Source: Bacilli bacterium (GTDB taxonomy: Bacteria; Bacillota_I; Bacilli_A; RF39; UBA660). Taken from it: a DNA stretch of 64,000 bases. The stretch is from positions 7,494-71,493 of the forward strand of contig JBKDZP010000007.1 of NCBI GenBank assembly GCA_047971315.1, read 5' to 3'. Below, piece by piece: positions 60,831-64,000 of this stretch; the stretch's first letter is position 1, and every line of letters begins with the position of its first letter. The position numbers and the translations under genes are program-made. The notes under the pieces are model-generated. The model was not told the DNA's origin. It was given only the letters and a program-made list of their open reading frames with translations, and did no database searches.

Positions 60831-61697
60831 ATGAAAGAATATGTTGAACAATTTATACAATATTTAATAATTGATAAGAAATATAGTGAAAACACAATTG
60901 ACTCGTATAAAATAGAATTAAATAAATTTATTGTTTTTATTGATAATAAAAAAGATATTACCACAAATGATATTAAAGAATTTTTAAGTTTTGAAAAAAA
61001 TAGAGGAAATAGTTCTAAAAGTATAGCTCACTTTATAACAACTCTAAGAAGTTTTTATAAATTTTTAGAAATTGAAAATTTAATAAAAGAAAATCCAACA
61101 TTACATATCGATCTTCCAAAAATAGGGAAAAAATTACCAAAAGTTTTATCTGAAAATGAAGTATTTGAGCTTTTAGAAATTAAATTAGAAAAATACTCAG
61201 ATTTTAGAAATAAAGCAATGCTGGAATTAATGTATAGTGGTGGCTTAAGAATAAGTGAATTAATATCAATCAAAGTTCAAGATATTAATATAGTAAATGA
61301 AACTGTTATTGTTTTTGGTAAAGGTGGTAAAGAAAGAATTATTCCTCTTGGTGATTACGCAATTTATGCTGTAAATGATTACATAAATAATTATAGAAAA
61401 AATTATTTAAAAAGAAAAAGTGATTTTTTATTTTTAAATAACCGTGGTGAAAAAATATCTAGACAAAGTGTATTTAAAATTGTGAAAAGTATAGCAATTA
61501 AAAATAACATTAGAACTAATTTTTCACCTCATACATTAAGGCACAGTTTTGCTACTCATTTACTTGAACATGGGGCTGATTTAAGAAGTATTCAAGAGTT
61601 ACTTGGGCACTCTAATGTTTCAACAACTCAAATTTATACAAATATATCAAACAAGACAGTTAATAATGCATACCATAATTCACATCCACATGGATAA
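60831..61697 (+). CDS. xerD: Site-specific tyrosine recombinase XerD
   Basis: R...HxxR...Y catalytic pattern (HTLRHSFATHLLEHGADLRSIQELLGHSNVSTTQIYTN). ~288 aa. Located directly upstream of deoB as in B. subtilis ripX. Confidence 0.75.
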   Translation: MKEYVEQFIQYLIIDKKYSENTIDSYKIELNKFIVFIDNKKDITTNDIKEFLSFEKNRGNSSKSIAHFITTLRSFYKFLEIENLIKENPTLHIDLPKIGKKLPKVLSENEVFELLEIKLEKYSDFRNKAMLELMYSGGLRISELISIKVQDINIVNETVIVFGKGGKERIIPLGDYAIYAVNDYINNYRKNYLKRKSDFLFLNNRGEKISRQSVFKIVKSIAIKNNIRTNFSPHTLRHSFATHLLEHGADLRSIQELLGHSNVSTTQIYTNISNKTVNNAYHNSHPHG

Positions 61698-61714
61698 TAG
61701 AAAGAAGGAATTTT

Positions 61715-62875
61715 ATGAAATTTAAAAGAATTTTTTTAATAGTGTTAGATTCAGTAGGAATAGGAGAGGCACATGATGCTGATAAATTCGATGATTTAAA
61801 TACTAATACTGTAAAACATATTATAGAAAAAACTGGAATTAAATTACATAACCTAAATAATTTAGGTTTAGACAATTTAATTTACAACAATGACAATAAT
61901 GTAAATTCTTATTATACAAGAGGAGTAGAAGTAAGTAACGGTAAAGATACTTTAACAGGACATTTAGAAATGATGGGAATTATTACTAAAAAGCCGTTTA
62001 AAACATTTTTAGAAACAGGATTTCCAAATGAACTTATTAATGAAATTGAAAAAAGAACAGGTCGAAAAGTAATTGGTAATTGTAGTGCTAGTGGAACTGA
62101 AATTATTGAAAGATTAGGTAAACAACATCTAAATACAGGCGATTTAATAGTTTACACATCAGCTGATTCAGTTTTACAAATAGCTGCTCATGAAGATATT
62201 ATTTCACTAGATGAATTATATAATATATGTAGTATTGTTCGTGAGATTACTTTAAATGATAAATGGAAAGTAGGTAGGGTAATAGCTAGACCGTTTAATG
62301 GAACCCCAGGTAATTTTACAAGAACACCTAATCGTCATGACTATGCACTAAATCCTGTATCTGAAACTGTTTTAGATTATTTAAAAAAAGATGGATACGA
62401 TGTAATATCAATAGGTAAAATAAGTGATGTATTTAATAATTGTGGTATTACTAGTAGTATAAAAACAATTGATAATTTTGATGGGATTAATAAAATAATA
62501 GAAATTTCAAAAACAAAATTTAGTGGTTTACTTTTTGCTAATTTAAATGATTTTGATTCTAAATATGGACACAGAAGAGATGTAGTAGGGTATTCTAACG
62601 CCTTAAAAGAGTTTGATGATTATTTACCTGATATAATAAATTGTCTTAAATTTGATGATTTAATAATAATTACAGCAGATCATGGTAATGATCCAACATA
62701 TAAAGGAACAGATCATACAAGAGAAAATGTACCAGTAATTATATATTCTAAAAAATTTATTGAAAATTCTAGATTAGATTCTTTAAATTCATTTAGTGAT
62801 ATTGGTGCTTCTATTGCAGACAACTTCAATACTAAAACACCTTCTGGAATCAGTTTTTTAGATAAACTTAAATAA
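61715..62875 (+). CDS. deoB: Phosphopentomutase
   Basis: IFLIVLDSVGIGEAHDADKFDD, DHGNDPT and the alkaline-phosphatase-superfamily pattern of DeoB. 386 aa. Confidence 0.9.
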   Translation: MKFKRIFLIVLDSVGIGEAHDADKFDDLNTNTVKHIIEKTGIKLHNLNNLGLDNLIYNNDNNVNSYYTRGVEVSNGKDTLTGHLEMMGIITKKPFKTFLETGFPNELINEIEKRTGRKVIGNCSASGTEIIERLGKQHLNTGDLIVYTSADSVLQIAAHEDIISLDELYNICSIVREITLNDKWKVGRVIARPFNGTPGNFTRTPNRHDYALNPVSETVLDYLKKDGYDVISIGKISDVFNNCGITSSIKTIDNFDGINKIIEISKTKFSGLLFANLNDFDSKYGHRRDVVGYSNALKEFDDYLPDIINCLKFDDLIIITADHGNDPTYKGTDHTRENVPVIIYSKKFIENSRLDSLNSFSDIGASIADNFNTKTPSGISFLDKLK

Positions 62876-62908
62876 ATTCAACATATAAAAAAAATCTCAT
62901 ATGATAAT

Positions 62909-63370
62909 ATGGGAGGGTTTTTTACGGAACAAAATAACAATTTTATTCAAATTTTAAATGAATATATGTCTAATTTATATGTTGAAGTCAATAATTTATA
63001 TAATATGCATTTTAATGTTGTTGGTAATAAATTTTTAACATTGCATACTAAATTACAAGAATATTATGAAAATATTTCTTTAATGTTTGATAATATAGCA
63101 GAAAGGATTAAAATGCTTGGTGGATATCCAATAACTTCTCTTATAAAAATAGAAGAAACTTCAACTATTAAATCAATGATAAGTAGGGATTTTAACGATA
63201 AACAGGTTTTGGAAGTTCTAGAAAATGATTTTCAATTTTTATTCGATTATACTAAAGATATAAATATACATTTTATTAAAATAAATGATTTTTATACTAG
63301 TTCTATATTAACTAATAATTTAATTTTTTTTGAAAAAAAATTATGGATGATTAGAAATAGTTTAAAATAG
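62909..63370 (+). CDS. Dps/ferritin-like DNA-protection protein
   Basis: 153 aa. Dps-like four-helix pattern LYNMHFNVVGNKFLTLHTKLQEYYENI...IAERIKMLGGYP. Confidence 0.6.
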   Translation: MGGFFTEQNNNFIQILNEYMSNLYVEVNNLYNMHFNVVGNKFLTLHTKLQEYYENISLMFDNIAERIKMLGGYPITSLIKIEETSTIKSMISRDFNDKQVLEVLENDFQFLFDYTKDINIHFIKINDFYTSSILTNNLIFFEKKLWMIRNSLK

Positions 63371-63431
63371 TTTTATTTTAAAAAAAAGCTAAAAAAAGAG
63401 ATGTTAGTCTCTTTTTTGGGTTTTAATCAAA

Positions 63432-63617
63432 TTATCTAAGTTCAAATGAATGATCATCATTTTCATCTAAATTAAATGAACGAGTTTCGTTTTCAAAACC
63501 AATATTTTTCTTAGTGTTAGCACTAGACTTAACATTATTATTTTTACAGTTTTTAACGGAACTATTTGTTCTATTAGAAGCAACTTTATTTGATTGTTTC
63601 TTATCTGTTTTTTTCAT
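63432..63617 (-). CDS. Small low-complexity basic protein (uncertain)
   Basis: 61 aa Lys/Asn/Ser-rich ORF with a weak GGTGA RBS. A bidirectional hairpin (aagaga/tctctt) lies between it and the dps-like gene. Confidence 0.25.
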   Translation of the reverse strand: MKKTDKKQSNKVASNRTNSSVKNCKNNNVKSSANTKKNIGFENETRSFNLDENDDHSFELR

Positions 63618-64000
63618 TTTATATCACCCAATATTATTATTGTCATTATATAAAATAATATTCAATAAATCTAAAAATATATTAGTTAACATAATATACA
63701 TTATCGGAAGTATTATTTTAATCGAAAAATCATTGAAAAATAAGGCAATTATTCGCCTTATTTAATTAATTTTAATACTACATATTGTTTTGAGCACTTT
63801 CATTAATTATCATTACATACTCAGATGCAATAATTAAATAAAATAACAACTTACTATGATTTAATTTTTTCTTTTCCATGGATCCCCCTTGAATATGTAT
63901 TCTATAATAGATTTTTGTCATATAATGTCGAATAATGATATATGATTCATTTTTTTTATAAATTATTGAAAACTACTCTACTTTTATTTTAAATAAAAAT

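Noticed and set aside
60831-61697. Tyrosine recombinase as a possible phage or integrative-element integrase
   Set aside because: At 288 aa it has XerC/D-type N- and C-terminal domains and sits in the conserved chromosomal xerD-deoB context. There are no flanking phage genes, att-like repeats or tRNA.
63781-63882. Possible 33 aa minus-strand ORF with AGGGGGA RBS near the window end
   Set aside because: It is too short and featureless to support as a gene from sequence alone. It is mentioned only because the RBS is unusually GC-rich for this genome.
1-64000. Search for tRNA/rRNA genes and CRISPR arrays
   Set aside because: In AT-rich DNA these would appear as GC-rich 75-90 nt islands or regular direct repeats. 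None was seen. The only GC-enriched islands are short leader segments (rpsB, rplS).

Overview
This 64 kb window is very AT-rich (roughly a quarter GC by eye) and densely packed with Firmicute housekeeping genes, almost all on the + strand. The standard genetic code is in use (long ORFs are uninterrupted, TGA terminates). Recognisable blocks include uvrC (5'-truncated), deoD, an M16 peptidase pair and a type IV pilin. Further along are rimM-trmD-rplS, lepB, rpsO-pnp, a HIT protein, a minimal sufC-sufBD-sufS set, rsmD, rpsU-yqeY, spoIIGA-sigE, hrcA(CIRCE)-grpE-dnaK-pepF-dnaJ, miaB, mutL, RNase J, rpsB-tsf-frr-nusB-xseAB-spoIVB-cdsA-rseP-comEA-comEC, dnaG-sigA-trmK, pilC-pilD, rarA, xerD-deoB and a dps-like gene. 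Sporulation genes (spoIIGA, sigE, spoIVB) indicate an endospore-forming lineage with a reduced gene set. Several otherwise universal neighbours are absent from their conserved positions: pyrH, uppS, dxr, dxs/ispA, recN, mutS, sigG and sufB/sufU. The most interesting element is a compact bacteriocin module inserted between rsmD and rpsU. It comprises a C39-peptidase ABC exporter followed by two tandem small ORFs that are missing from the ORF track (45 and 53 aa). Each has its own AGGAGG RBS and a textbook double-glycine leader, the mature parts are GxxxG-rich as in class IIb two-peptide bacteriocins, and a terminator follows. No HlyD-like accessory protein or obvious immunity gene is present. 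Other oddities include an rpsB with a long C-terminal Asn/Arg-repeat tail ending in a Rho_N/SAP-like motif, a GrpE with a Cys-rich N-terminal extension, and a PilC fused to a ~230 aa membrane/Lys-rich N-terminal extension. There are also two adjacent zinc-ribbon membrane proteins, an RNase J whose HxHxDH motif reads HGHDSQ, a perfect 18-bp inverted repeat in front of a stand-alone ABC exporter, and a ~1 kb decayed gene remnant between dnaJ and miaB. No rRNA, tRNA, CRISPR or transposase was recognised.
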